From: Torpedo marmorata
Lineage: Eukaryota
Length of the DNA stretch: 64,000 nucleotides
Direction: 5' to 3'
Assembly (NCBI GenBank): GCA_977017645.1
Contig: OZ360239.1
Location: 72,292,001-72,356,000, forward strand
Position numbers and translations under genes: made by a program. Below the pieces are notes generated by a model that saw nothing but the letters and a program-made list of their open reading frames with translations, had not been told where the DNA came from and ran no database searches. The first letter of the stretch is position 1. Each line of letters begins with the position of its first letter. Shown here piece by piece: positions 38,357-50,683 of the stretch.

Positions 38357-38732
38357 CAACGCCCAGCAGCTCAATGATCGCGATCGTTATGGGTCGACCT
38401 ATACGCCGGTCAACGCCCAGCAGCTCAATGATCGCGATCGTTATGGGTCGACCTATACGCCGGTCAACGCCCAGCAGCTCAATGATCGCGATCGTTATGG
38501 GTCGATCTATACGCCAGTCAACGCCCAGCAGCTCAATGATCTCGATCGTTGTGGGTCGATCTATACGTCATTCAACGGCCAGCAGCTCAATCATCGCGTT
38601 TTTTTAGGGTCGACCTATACGCCGGTCAACGCCCAGCAGCTCAATCATCACGTTTTTTGAGGGTCGACTTATACGCCGGTCAATGCGCAACATCTCAGGC
38701 ATCGAGATTTTTGGGGTCGACTTATACGCCGG
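38357..38732. repeat. 54-bp subterminal tandem repeat containing the TIR core motif
   Basis: About 7 units, each with a GGTCGACYTATACGCCG-like core. Confidence 0.9.
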
Positions 38733-39339
38733 ATATACCATAAAACCATTAAAATGAGGCTGAAAAAGGGGGGTCGACTTATCCGCCGGTCGACTTATAC
38801 GCCGAAATATACGGTAATGCTTGAGATAACCTGTTAGTCTGTTCACAGAAGAACCCTTCCCACTGTACAACTTATCAGGGTGGCAAGGTGACCAGCTACC
38901 CACTCCCACCCATTTCAAGGCATGCTGGCTGGTAGGTTAGTTAACGTCTGTAAATTGCTTCTGGTGTAAGTGACAGGTGGGTAAATCAGGGGATTGTTAA
39001 TGGGAATGTCAGAGAATATAGGTAACAGGGAAAGTAGTTGAGGAATAGGATTGCTATGAGACCTGACTTAGATTTAACGCTCTGAATGGTTTCCTTCTAT
39101 GTTAAAAGGAAGGATGGAATAATGTATTATTCCGTCATCATACCAGAATCTACAATTCTTCAACACATTTGCCCAATATTTACTCCTGTTTAAACTCTCA
39201 GTACAAGCCCCACTATCTACAACACTTACTGTTTGATTAAAATTAGACAATGAACATCAGGAATATATGTAAATACTACAATCATTATTCAGGAAATGGT
39301 AACAAAGAACCGAGAAATGATAATTGAATTGATTAAAAT

Positions 39340-40480
39340 CAACATGGGTTTATGAAAGGAAAGTCAAATTTAACAAATGCATTAGAGTTATTTTTGAGGG
39401 TGTAACAAGTAGAACATAGAAGGGGAAACCAGTGTACGTAGTACATTTGGACTTTCAGAAGGCATTCAAAAAATTGGGATTATTAAACATAATTGCAGCA
39501 CCATGACATGGAGGTCATATATTTGCTAATGGACAGAAAACAACAATTGGGATTAAATGTTTTTTGGGGATTTCGGGGCTTTAGGTGGAGACGTGTCACA
39601 GGAATCAGTTTTAGGTCTCCAGCTATTTATTATCTGGGTCATTGATTTGGACAAAAGGACTAAGTATATGTAACCAAGTTTGCTGATGATACAAAACTGT
39701 GTGGCAGTGTTTTGTTTCAAGGGTTGTAGTGAAAGCCAGGTGGAATAGAATTTGTAAAAATGAGGTTATTCATTTTTGTAGAAAAAAACACTTTTTGAAT
39801 GGTGAGAGAATGAAAAATATTGGTACTAAGAGGGACCTGGATATCTTTGTAAAAAAGTCATTGAGAGTTAATACCTAGATAAAGCAAGTAATTGGAAAGG
39901 CAAAAATATATGTTACTAGATTCTGTAAGAGGATTAAACTACAAGAGTAAATATGTCTTACTGCAATTATACTATGCTCTGGAAATGCTGCATCTGGAAC
40001 ATTTAAACAGCAAAACAACATTGCCTTTGCTATGTTCAAACTGAACTCTCTCTGTAACTCTGTACTGTAGTTTCATTGTTGTACCATGTTTGGTCGACTG
40101 GCTGGATTGCTTACAAAACAAACTATCTCCATGTTCCTTGGCACACGTGGCAATAAACTGGAGATGCAGGGATGATCGTTGTCTAGAACCAGGGGTGAAG
40201 TCGCAATATAAGGGGTAACGATTCAGTACCGAATGGGCAGACATTTTTTCACCCAGGGAGTCGTAAATCTTTGGATTCTTCTGCTGAAGAGAGCTGGGGA
40301 AGATTAGTTGCTGAGAATATCTTTTAATTATTATCTAGGATATAAAGGGAATTAAAGGATATTGGGTTACTACAGGAAAGTGAGGTTGGGGGTAAAAGAT
40401 CAACTATTACGTTAATGATTAACTCTGCAGCAGGTATGAGGGTCTAAATGGCCTACTCCTGCATCTATTTTATATGTTCT
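39340..40480 (+). mobile_element. Highly degraded CR1 LINE
   Basis: LDFQKAF and KFADD remnants, then a CR1 3' UTR. Confidence 0.7.
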
Positions 40481-40593
40481 TATCTGGCATTAATAATCTT
40501 TACATTCACCTTTAAACACAGCTCATTAAAGAAGTCCATTAAATTGGTCAAACAATACAAGTTTATCATTCTCATGGTTATTTTACTGATATA

Positions 40594-40812
40594 CGGGTAT
40601 ACCCCGCTTTACGAAACTAGAGCGTTCCTAGGAAACCTTTCGTAAGCTGAAATGGCATAAAGTGAAGACCCATTCACTATTATTGGAGGCTATTTTCGTA
40701 AAAGCGAAAACCCATTCAAAACCCATTCAAATCCTTTCGTTAAAGCGAACACGGCTTTCTTCGTAAAAGCGAATTTTCGTAATTTGAGTATTCATAAAGC
40801 AGGATATATCTG
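40594..40812. mobile_element. Tc1/mariner-pogo (Tigger-like) MITE
   Basis: Imperfect 22-bp TIRs cgggtataccccgctttacgaa / ttcataaagcaggatatatctg, flanked by TA. Internal repeated ttcgtaa motifs. Confidence 0.7.
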
Positions 40813-41949
40813 TATATAGATGTTCAAATCTCTTTGAAAACTGTTACTGAGAAAATAGAGATTAAAATGAGGTATTCAAAGTGATGACAGGATTTGATAG
40901 GATAATTATAGGGAAATTATTTTCTTTTCTGGGGGGATTAAGAACAAGGGGACATTAAAATTAGTGTGTTCATTTGAGAGTGAGATCAGGAAACACTTCC
41001 ACACAGAAGAGCAATGGAAGTCTAACTCAACACCTGTCACAGGGAAATGTTTGGAGCTATCAGTAAAGACATTATAGAAGGGGTCATAAAAAATCAAGGT
41101 AACGAGGCAAAGGGAAATCATGTATGACCAACCTATTGACTTCTTTGAAGTGCTGTTGATAAAGGGGAAACAAGAGGTTGCACTGCACTTAAATTTCCAT
41201 AATGCATTTTATAAGGTGCTGCTTTTAAGGTTAATGTTACAATAAAAACTCAGTGTAGGAGTTAAGGTATTAACATGATGTTACATTGAATGGCTAACAG
41301 AAAACAGGCATGCCACAATGAATTGTGCTGAAGTTTTAACCTTATACAATTTATGTATTACTTGTTTGAGGACACTGAAGTTATGGTTGCTAAATCTGTT
41401 GATGACAGGTAGAAAAGCAAGGTGGCAAAGAGGAAGCTACAGAAGGGATAAAGGCAGTAAAAGTGGGCAAAGATCTGAGAAATGGGGTGTAATGTAGGAA
41501 AATGTGAAATTGCCCAATTTGGCAAGAAAGAATTATTGCTATTCAAAAGATAAAGGATTGCAAAGCTTTGAGATGCATCTGAATGTTTCTGTGTATAATT
41601 CACAAACAACTGGTATGCAGAAACAGCATGTATTTAGGAAAGCTAATGGAATATTAACACCATTGTTCATGGAATTGAATAAAAATATTGGGAGCTGGTG
41701 CTTCAGTTACAATGGCCATTGATGAGGGCACATAAGGCATACAGTATTGGTCTCCTTATTTAAGGAAGGATGTTCATGTGTTCAGAGGAGGTTTACCAAG
41801 GCAGATACTTGGGCTGGCTCAGTTTGTGTTCTCTACAATTTGGAGAAATGATAGGAGACTTGACTGAAACACACAAGATCCTGAAGGGACTTGACCAGGT
41901 TCTCCTTGAGAGAATGTTCCTCTTCTGTGAGAATTAAAGAATTAGAAAT

Positions 41950-42570
41950 CAAAGTTCAAAGTTATTGTCAGAGTACAGACATGGCATCACGTACAACCCT
42001 GAGATTCCTTTTCCTGAGGACCAGGCAGAATTTCTACTTATCGGTAACTGTAAACTGTACTCGAGAAAGAGATATGTATACAAAAGAGAGAAATGTAAAT
42101 AAAGAAAGAAATGTAAACAAACTGACTGTGCAAAACATAAAAATAAGTTCAGTATTAAATAATGTGCAAAGTAAGTGTCCTTAAATGAATGTCTGATTGA
42201 GTCTGTTGTTTAGGAGTCCAATGATGGAGCGGTAACAACTGTTCCTGAACATGGTGGTACGCATCTTGTGGGACTATACCATTTCCTAATGGCAGCAGCA
42301 AGAGCATGCCCTGGGTGGTGTGGATCCTTGATCGCTGCTGCTCTCCGACAGCAGTGCTCCATGTAGATTTTCTCGGTGGTAGGGAGAGTTTTGCCTGGGC
42401 TGTGTCCACTACATTTTGCAGGGCTTTCCACTCAGAGGTATTGGTGCACCCATACCAGGCCGTGATGTAGCCGGTCAGCACACTTTCCACTACACATCTG
42501 TAAAAGTTGTCTAAGGTTTCTGATGTCATACTGAACCTCTGCAAATTCCTGAGGAAGTAGAGGCGCTATT
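41950..42570 (-). mobile_element. Rex1/Babar-related LINE 3' end (different subfamily) inserted in a degraded CR1
   Basis: NFYRCVVESVLTGYITAWYG and IKDPHHPGH motifs. Confidence 0.75.
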
Positions 42571-44044
42571 TAAAGTTAAGAAGTTGATCACTTAAGAGAG
42601 TAAAAAAGGTAATTATTTCTTTTAATCAGAAGGTTGTGTGTCTTTTGAACTCTCATTCTCAAACATACCGTGGAAGAAAGCTCTGAGTACTTTAAAAGCA
42701 AACGTGGATGGATACTCGATCAGCATGGAGTGAAAGGTTTCCACACGAGATGGGAATGAGATCAGCCATGAGCTTATGAAACAGTGAGCAGGCGTGAGTG
42801 GCCGAATGGCATATTCCAATTCCTAATTTACCTGCTTATATGCTCCTTAAAACGACTGTTAACCCTGATAAATTAGGTTTTTCTACATTGGTATTCAATA
42901 CATTTGAGCACAGCAAGATCCACAGATTGATAATGCCCTGATGGATTGTCATTATGCAATGCAGTACCACCAAAACACAGCAGTAGATTTGTACAAGATA
43001 ACTCCAGCAGCCATGCACCATATCATAACAAAAGTAACCACATTGCAAAAGTACTTTAATGGCTGTAAAACTTTTTTCAGGACATCCTGTCATTGTGAAG
43101 AGCACTTTTTGTTATCTGGCCCTCTACAACCAGATATATACACCAGATGACAATAAAGAAGCACAGCTCCAAATGTACCAAATAACCACAGGACATTCAG
43201 TAACACTACAACTTGTGATCACTGAGGGCCCAGGCATACACTGTTTTGATGCATCAGAACATGGTTCAAAATCTGCCTTGTTACTTTTCACCCATTTCCA
43301 AGTGTGCTTCAGGGTTAACGGAGAGGAAATGGTTCCATTTTAGTTTGAACCTTACTGTGGTTTGCCTTCAAAGTGGAGATATATATTTCACAGCAGGCAC
43401 TTGGCTTCAACAGAGCTGCGGAAGACACAGGAAATTCTCGTTCTATAGATGTGGTTTAATTCTAGTTTCCAAGCTGTTGTAAATGTGGAACCAAAACAAG
43501 GTTCGGCATGTGTCTGGTCAGGAAATACTTGATAACAATGTATTGCACGCTGTCTGTCTATTTCATTCAATGTGATATTCATTTGTGGAGGCAGACTATT
43601 TTGGTAGCTAATCCGGACATCCGAAAAAAATATGGTGATAATATATCCCTTTAGGAGCTTTCCCGGTATTAAAGGGTCACTCACCACATGAAAGCACGGG
43701 TAGAAATTTCAGCCATTCAGCCTCTTCAATTATTACTGGCAGAAAACCAGCTAAAGGTTAAATGAATTGCATAAGGACATTAATACATTCACTTAGGATG
43801 GTATTCCAATTGGTCTTTGGTATCATTTTATGTGCTGAGAATGAAGATTATGGCCTAGAAGTTCAAATTCTATTTTATTCGGTATACTTAAACACCACTG
43901 CAATCTTCAAATGAAATCTTTACTGGTTCTGTTATGTTTCCAGGAGACATCACATAAAGACATTCAAGCACCATAGAAGCTCCACTGCTGCAATTTACAG
44001 AGATGGTACTTTGTGAGGAATGTTTGCAGTAGTGATAATGATAG

Positions 44045-45125
44045 ACTATAAGACATAGGAGTGGAATTTTGCCATTTGGCCCATCGAGTCTGCCCCACCA
44101 TTCTATCGTGGCTGATTTACTATCCTTTCCAACCCCATTCTTATGCCTTTTCCCTGTAACCCTTGATTTCCTTCCTAATCAAGAACATATCTACTTCTAT
44201 CTTAAATATCTTAAACTCCAGCGAGTACCGTCCCAGAGCCATCAAGCTCATATGATAACCTTGTCATTCCAGGGATCATCTGGTGAATCTCCTCTGGACC
44301 CTCTCTAATGCCAACTTATCCTTCCTTAGATAAGGAGCCCAAAACTGCTCATAGAACTCAAAGTGTGGTCTGACCAATGCTTTATAAAGCTTCAACAGTG
44401 CACCTCTACTTTTATATTCTATCAAAATGAATGCTAGCATTGCATTTGCCTTCCTTACCACCGACTCTACTTGCAACTTGTCATTGAGGGAATCTTGCAC
44501 GAGGACTCCCAAGTCACTCTGCACCTTTGATTTCTGAACTCGTTGCCCATTTAAAAAACAGTCTACATCTTTATTCCTTCCACCAAAGTGCATGATCATA
44601 CACTTTTCTACACTGTATTCCATTTGCCATTTCCTTACCCAATCTTCCAGTGCTTCTTCAACACTACCTACCCCTCCTCCTATCTTTGCATCATCTGCAA
44701 GCTTGGCCACAAAGCCATCAATTCCGTCATCTAAATCATTGTCATATAATCTGAAAAGAAATGGTCCAAGCACCGAGCTCTGTGGAGCATGACTGGTCAC
44801 TGGCAGCCAACCAGAAAAGGCCTGTTTTATCCCCACTCTCTGCCTCCTGCCAGTCAGTCAATCTTCTATCCATGCTAATATTTTTCCTGTAATACCATGG
44901 ACTCCGATCTTATTTAGTAGCCGCATGTGTGCCACCTTGTTAAAGGCCTTCTGAAAATACAAGTAAACTACATCCACTGACTCTCCTTTGCCTGTCCTTC
45001 ATGCTATCTCCTCAAAGAATTCCAATAGGTTTGTCAAACCATGCTGACTTCTCCCTATTTTACCGTGTGCCCCCAAGTGCCCCGAAGTCTCATCCTTGAT
45101 AATACATTCGAACATCTTAGGGGAA
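44045..45125 (-). mobile_element. CR1 LINE fragment
   Basis: AKLADD and KALVRPHFEF motifs, then a 3' UTR. Confidence 0.85.
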
Positions 45126-45220
45126 GGAAGAGAAATCTCATCCTTGATAATACATTCGAACATCTTAGGGGAAGGAAGAGAAATCTCATCCTTGATAATA
45201 CATTCTAACATCTTAGGGGA
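45088..45220. repeat. 48-bp tandem triplication at the CR1 5' junction
   Basis: tctcatccttgataatacattcgaacatcttaggggaaggaagagaaa repeated about 2.8 times. Confidence 0.9.
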
Positions 45221-45460
45221 GAGTCGAGACACTGATAGAACAGATTATCAGCAAGGGAGAAATAATGGCTAATAAGTTGCTCGACGTTGTCTTATCTGAC
45301 ATTAAAATAGGAAGCAGAAGGCATGAGAACTTAATTTGCATGGTTTACAAACAGCACTGAATGGCTTCCTTGTAACAGATGCACATTTAACATATGTCGA
45401 CGTATAAGACAGAATTTTAACCTTAAAAATGTCATCCCAAAACCAGGGGTTGTCTTATAC

Positions 45461-46224
45461 GGAGATAGATCAGCTCATTTGAGTGGTGTCACGCCAACAA
45501 CCTTGCGCTTAATGGTAGCAAAACCAAGGAGATTTTTGTGCACTTCAGGAGGAAGTCAGGAGAACACGACCCAGTCCTCATCGAGGGCTCAGTAGTGGAG
45601 AGGGTCAAGAACTTCAAATTCCTGGGTGTCAACATCTCTGAGGATCTGTCCTGGAGCCTCCATGTCGATGCAATCACGAAGAAGGCTCTCCAGTGGCTAT
45701 ACTTTGTGAGGTGTTTGAGGAGATTCGGTATGTCACAGAAGACTCTTGAAAACTTCTACAGGTGTACCGTGGAGAGCATACTGGCTGGTTGCAGGACTGT
45801 CTGGTACGGAGGAGCCAACTCTCAGGACAAGAAAAAACTCCAGAGGGTTGTTAACTCGGCCTGCGATATCACGGGCACCAGACTTCACTCCATCGAGGAC
45901 ATCTACATGAGGCAGTGTCTTAAGGAAGCAGCCTCTATCCTCAAGGACCCCCACCACCCAGGCCATGCCCTCTTCACTCTGCTACCATCAGGAAAAAGGT
46001 ACAGGAGCCTAAAGATGAGCACTCAAAGGCACAAGGTCAGCTTCTTCCCCGCTGACATCAGATTCCTGAACGATCAATGACCCAAAGACACTGCCTTACT
46101 TTGACTTTTCGTGCACTATTTTTATTTATTGTTCTAAGGTGGTTTATATTAATGTTTGCACTGTGATGCTGCCGCAAAACAACGAATTTCGTGACTTGTT
46201 CATGACAATAAATTCTGATTCTGA
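45461..46224 (+). mobile_element. Rex1/Babar LINE 3' fragment
   Basis: Same C-terminus and tail as the other young copies. Confidence 0.9.
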
Positions 46225-46992
46225 TACGCCAAGTATAAAATCTAAACCATAATATCTGTGGTTTAATGACCCCCATGGCAATGGAGAACAGCATAAAACA
46301 CTTGCATAACTCGTACACTAAATATTTTTCTACTGAAACTTATGTTTGGGAAGCTGGATTAATAGTAATGTTATGTTAAAACAATAAACATGTATTATAA
46401 GCCTGTCTAACATATGTTAAAATAACAGCACAGCAAACAAAGCTAACAGTTGCCATTTGCAACAGCTGACAGGGTTTCTTGGAAAGGCTCAAGTTTTCAC
46501 TCCTTCATAAACAGCACCACTCTCTCTAATGCTTATAAAATTTAAACCTTTACTGGGTAATTTGCTTTTAAAATATTGTGAATCAAGTAACTGGTAAAAT
46601 TGTACTCGACACCATGTTTGTTCCTGTAAAAGATCTGACGCCGAAGTGACGTCACTAGTGTTTACGTTACATCAGCTAGGAATGTTTGATGCATATTATG
46701 GTAGGTAATTGACAGTATTTTGCCATTACATGAAATGAATTGGCTAAATTTTAAATAACCAAAACTGTGTTGCTTTATGGTGTGCTTAACAGCATCACTC
46801 CACTGGTCAGTAGGATGGTTGGTAAAGGACTATTGCCGACATATATGGTAATCATGTAATTATTCATGATCATTTCCATCCTTACCAAGATAAATTGAAA
46901 CCAAAAAGGTGCAACCTGTGACCGTTTTGGAATAGTCCAAGTACATCTAGGTGTACATCATGGTGCTTTGTTGGTTTATTCATTATTTAAAG

Positions 46993-47240
46993 CTGGCATG
47001 GTTAGCGTAGCAGTTAGCGCAGCGCTATTATAGCACCAGTGACTGGAGTTCAAATCTGCCGCTGTCAGTAAGGAGTTTGTACGTTCTCCCCATGTCTGCG
47101 TGAGTCGCCTCCGGGTGCTCCGGTTTCCTCCCAAGTTCCAAAAACGTATGGGATTGGTAAGTTAATTGGTCACATGGGTGTAAATGGACGGCAAGGGCTC
47201 ATGGACTGGAAGGGGCTGTTACCATGCTGTATCTCCAAAT
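46993..47240 (+). mobile_element. V-SINE (HE1-like) tRNA-derived SINE
   Basis: A/B box head, V-domain CCTCCGGGTGCTCCGGTTTCCTCCCA and a CR1-like tail. Confidence 0.85.
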
Positions 47241-47372
47241 GTTTAAAAATTTTAATCTTAAATTTTAAAGGGCCACTGATGATGCCAGGAAACCAGACTG
47301 GACAGCTTAACAATTCACCTTTTCCAGCAGCAGAGAAGTACTTATGCAATGTGCTGAACTTCACAAGGAGGG

Positions 47373-47637
47373 TGATAGGCCTATCAATAATCACTCAAGA
47401 GACTATGAGTGGAAACGAACCATAGGCTTTTATTATCATTAAACACAGCTACAGTCGACCTGCAGATCTGATCCCGGACTGTGGGCGGAGCGGTGGCACA
47501 ATGGCCTTTATTCAGGTGAGGAAGGGGGAGGGATTACCGGGACAACCAGGGGAGGGGGAGGAGACACCGGGACAGACCGCAGGACATGCCCATACTACAC
47601 CCTAGCACACAATATACCTAAACAGTGGTTTACCACA
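47373..47637 (-). mobile_element. Solo LTR related to the Gypsy LTR at 54502
   Basis: Minus strand reads TGTGGTAAACCAC...AATAAAGGCC...AATAAAAGCCT...TTATTGATAGG..TCA. Confidence 0.8.
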
Positions 47638-48625
47638 TTGGGTAACAAAAACAATCTGCTAGAGGAACTCAGCAGGTCGAGCAGCATCAGCGGGCAAAAA
47701 AGAAATGTCACGTTTCGAGTCAGAATCCTTCATCAAGACTGCTCCAAATTTCAGCATCTTCCGTCTCTCGTGTCTTTAGTTAACTTGTCTTGAGTTTTTC
47801 CAGCTCCTAAATTTCAATGGGCACTTAAATTGATGACGTAAAGCATGATGTCAGCAATCTTTCAAGCTGCCATCCATATGTGTGTAACTTATCCCTGCAG
47901 AATGAAGGATGTGATTTCCCACAAATGAGGACACATTTTAACTGTGTTATGCTTGACTGTGTGCACCAGTTAAATAAAGTGATAAAATACAAAAATTGCT
48001 AATCATAACAGTTAAGGTCAAAAGAATACAAGAAAATATCAGAAGGGGACTTTGCCCCTCAAGCTTGGCCCGCCACTTAAGATGATCACGGATGATCTAT
48101 AATGGCCTGATCCCTCAATTCCCTGATCTTTCAAAAATTGATTCATCTCCACGATAAATACTAAAGATCTATCCTCCAGAACTCTGGGCACAAAAAATGG
48201 AAGGGATTCACCACCCTATTCAAAAATAAATGTCTACACACTTCCCATTTTGAATAACGGGCGACTTATCTTGTAACTGGGTCCCCCTTGTTTGAGATTC
48301 TATCACCATGAAAACATCTCAACATCTGAACTTTAACACTCTGGTGTCCACAGTTTCACAATTTTGAGGTTGTTTATAGTCTCCTGGTGCCTATCATCAT
48401 GTGCCTTGTGTGGTTGCCAACTTGCTGGTGGAGGTTAGCCCTTTTCTTATAAGAGCACAGCAGGCCATTTGGCCCATGAGTCTATACTGGTTCCAAATGC
48501 ATTTCCATTCGTCCCATTGGCCCCTCCTTATTTTTCTCGTATTACTGTAAGTTATCCTCTCTTCTACATGCTCATAATCTCCCCTTTGATTCTTTTTATC
48601 ATTAATCTGCATCAAGAGCTCATTA

Positions 48626-48874
48626 CACACCGAAACGCTGGAGGAACTCAGCCGGTCTTTCAGCATGCACAGGAGACAAAGATATATTGCCGACATTTCG
48701 GGCCTGAACCCTTCTTCAAGGAATAATCTGCTTATTCCTTGAAGAAGGGCTCAGGCCCGAAACATTGGCAATATATCTTTGTCTCCTATGGACTCTGAAA
48801 TACCTGCTGAGTTCCTCCAGCACTTCGATGTGTTCTTACTACAATCACAGCGACTGCAGACTTTTGTGTTTTGC
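48626..48874. mobile_element. Palindromic Penelope pLTR mini-element (second subfamily)
   Basis: Inverted ~100-bp arms around 48727-48731. TSD tcaagagct(c/a)atta at 48612-48625 and 48875-48888. Confidence 0.8.
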
Positions 48875-50520
48875 TCAAGAGCTAATTAACCTACCAACAC
48901 GTCCTTGGCACATGGAAGGAAGCTGTAAAACTGGGGAAAACTCATGTGGTCATGGACAGAACATGCAAACAACACCGGCAGCTCCCAAGGTTAGGAGGGG
49001 ATCTGGGTTCCTGCAGCTATTTTGCCACCGAGTCCTTCCATCCCCTTCCACTTTGAGTCAGTACTTTGAACCCTGCTGACTCTCGAGAAGCTCTGGCCCT
49101 GTATGGGCTGGCTTCACATGCAGGCCACAGCCAACTGAAGGTGCAATGTGGGATGGTTGGCTCTGGAGCATGGGGGTTCTGAGGAGTTACAGAGGGAGGT
49201 GATTTGACATCCCTGTGAGGTGGGACATCAACTTCCCAAACTCGTGCATTAAGCAACCTCTCAGGTGGACTCAGCGCATTGGTCTGCTGGCAGCTCTTCC
49301 ATTGTTTGGGCCCAGACCTGAGCTGGTTGAATCACAACTGCCCTCTATAACGTCCTCACTCTGCTCCCCACATGGCAGAGAGGGCTCGAGCTGGATCAGC
49401 GCGAACCTGCCTGGGAAGATGAAATATGGCCTCTCTATCTCCGCCACCACTGTCACTTGAAGCAGAAGATCCCCAGCAAAGAAAAAAGTGATGAGTTCCA
49501 GGTTAGAGGTCATAGCCACCTGCCTCATTCTTCATGAGTACCAGTCTCATAAGTATGCTGAGAGTGGCTGCACAATATCATCAGTATCCTTCCCTTCCTC
49601 TCTCGCCTGCTCCTCTATTTCATCCTGCTCTGTGTTCCCTGTGGGCAGGGGGAAACAGTTGGTTTATCCTGAGACCCCCAAATACCCAAAACAGAAAGAG
49701 CTGTGCTTTAAACTGCAGCCTCCTGGTGATGTGGCAGCATAGACAAGACCTATCATGGATCAAATCAAAGGGTGCATAATAACAATGAAACTTTGGTAGC
49801 TTTTGAAGATTTGTAGCTAGCTAGCCCCTTTGCCTGATCATTAGAGGATGGTGTCCTTTACTGGGGAACCCTCCTTACACTCTCCTGTAATGTGAGCTTT
49901 GATGGGGCATCCGGCTGCCCAGTGCACAAGACATGTCCCTTGGCAAAAACCTCCACATTAAGGACATCAGTGATCCTTTCTGAAAATCATGACATTCTTT
50001 CCCCCTCTCTCTCTCTCCTTCGACAGCCCCTCTCTTTATCTCTCTCTCTCTCGACAGCCTCTCTCTCTCATCTGCGGCAACCAAAATTATTGCTGTAGCT
50101 GTTTGGCTGCCTTCAGCTATGTATATTTAAAGACTGAGACTCTAATGTGATTGATAGACAGCAGGGTGTTGGCAGCTGTGTTCAGTTGAGCTCGCTCTTT
50201 TGCAAACAGTACAGGTTCAAAATTAGCACACGTTTCTGGGTGAAAATGATGTCAATGCCATTTGAAATATCTTTTTTTTGTCAATTTCATGACATTTTTT
50301 ATTGGAAACCCACATGGCTATTAGCACAATGCACAAGGATGGTTAAGGACATTATAAAAGAATGAAACCCGACTTGTAAACATTAGTGAGTTATTGTCAC
50401 AGCATACTAATCTGGTTCAATGGGATTCAGTATTATCATATACGAATTTGCAAATGTCTCTATTGGTTTTGTTTGTCAGTATTATCCAATACTGGTCTGG
50501 TGCTACATGCTCGGCTCTGT

Positions 50521-50683
50521 AGAGTGACAAGGTTACTCCCTTTGGAGTAATCTGCAGATTGAAACCTGGTTCTGGCTCCACAGAGTGACAAAGTTACTCT
50601 CTTCAAAATAGCCTGCAGATTGAAACCTGTTTCTGGTTACGCAGAGTATCAAGGTTTCTCCTTCAGACTGCAGATTGAAACCA
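50521..50683. repeat. ~60-bp tandem repeat, 3 copies
   Basis: Recurring gagt..caa.gtt.ctc...ctgcagattgaaacc. Confidence 0.8.

Larger units (their letters stand above)
36723..38814 (-). mobile_element. Full-length pogo-superfamily (DD35D, Passer/POGK-like) DNA transposon
   Basis: 27-bp perfect TIR CCGTATATTTCGGCGTATAAGTCGACC and a TA TSD. Confidence 0.93.

Noticed and set aside
38357-38732. CRISPR-like array
   Set aside because: It is a tandem repeat without unique spacers, inside a eukaryotic transposon.
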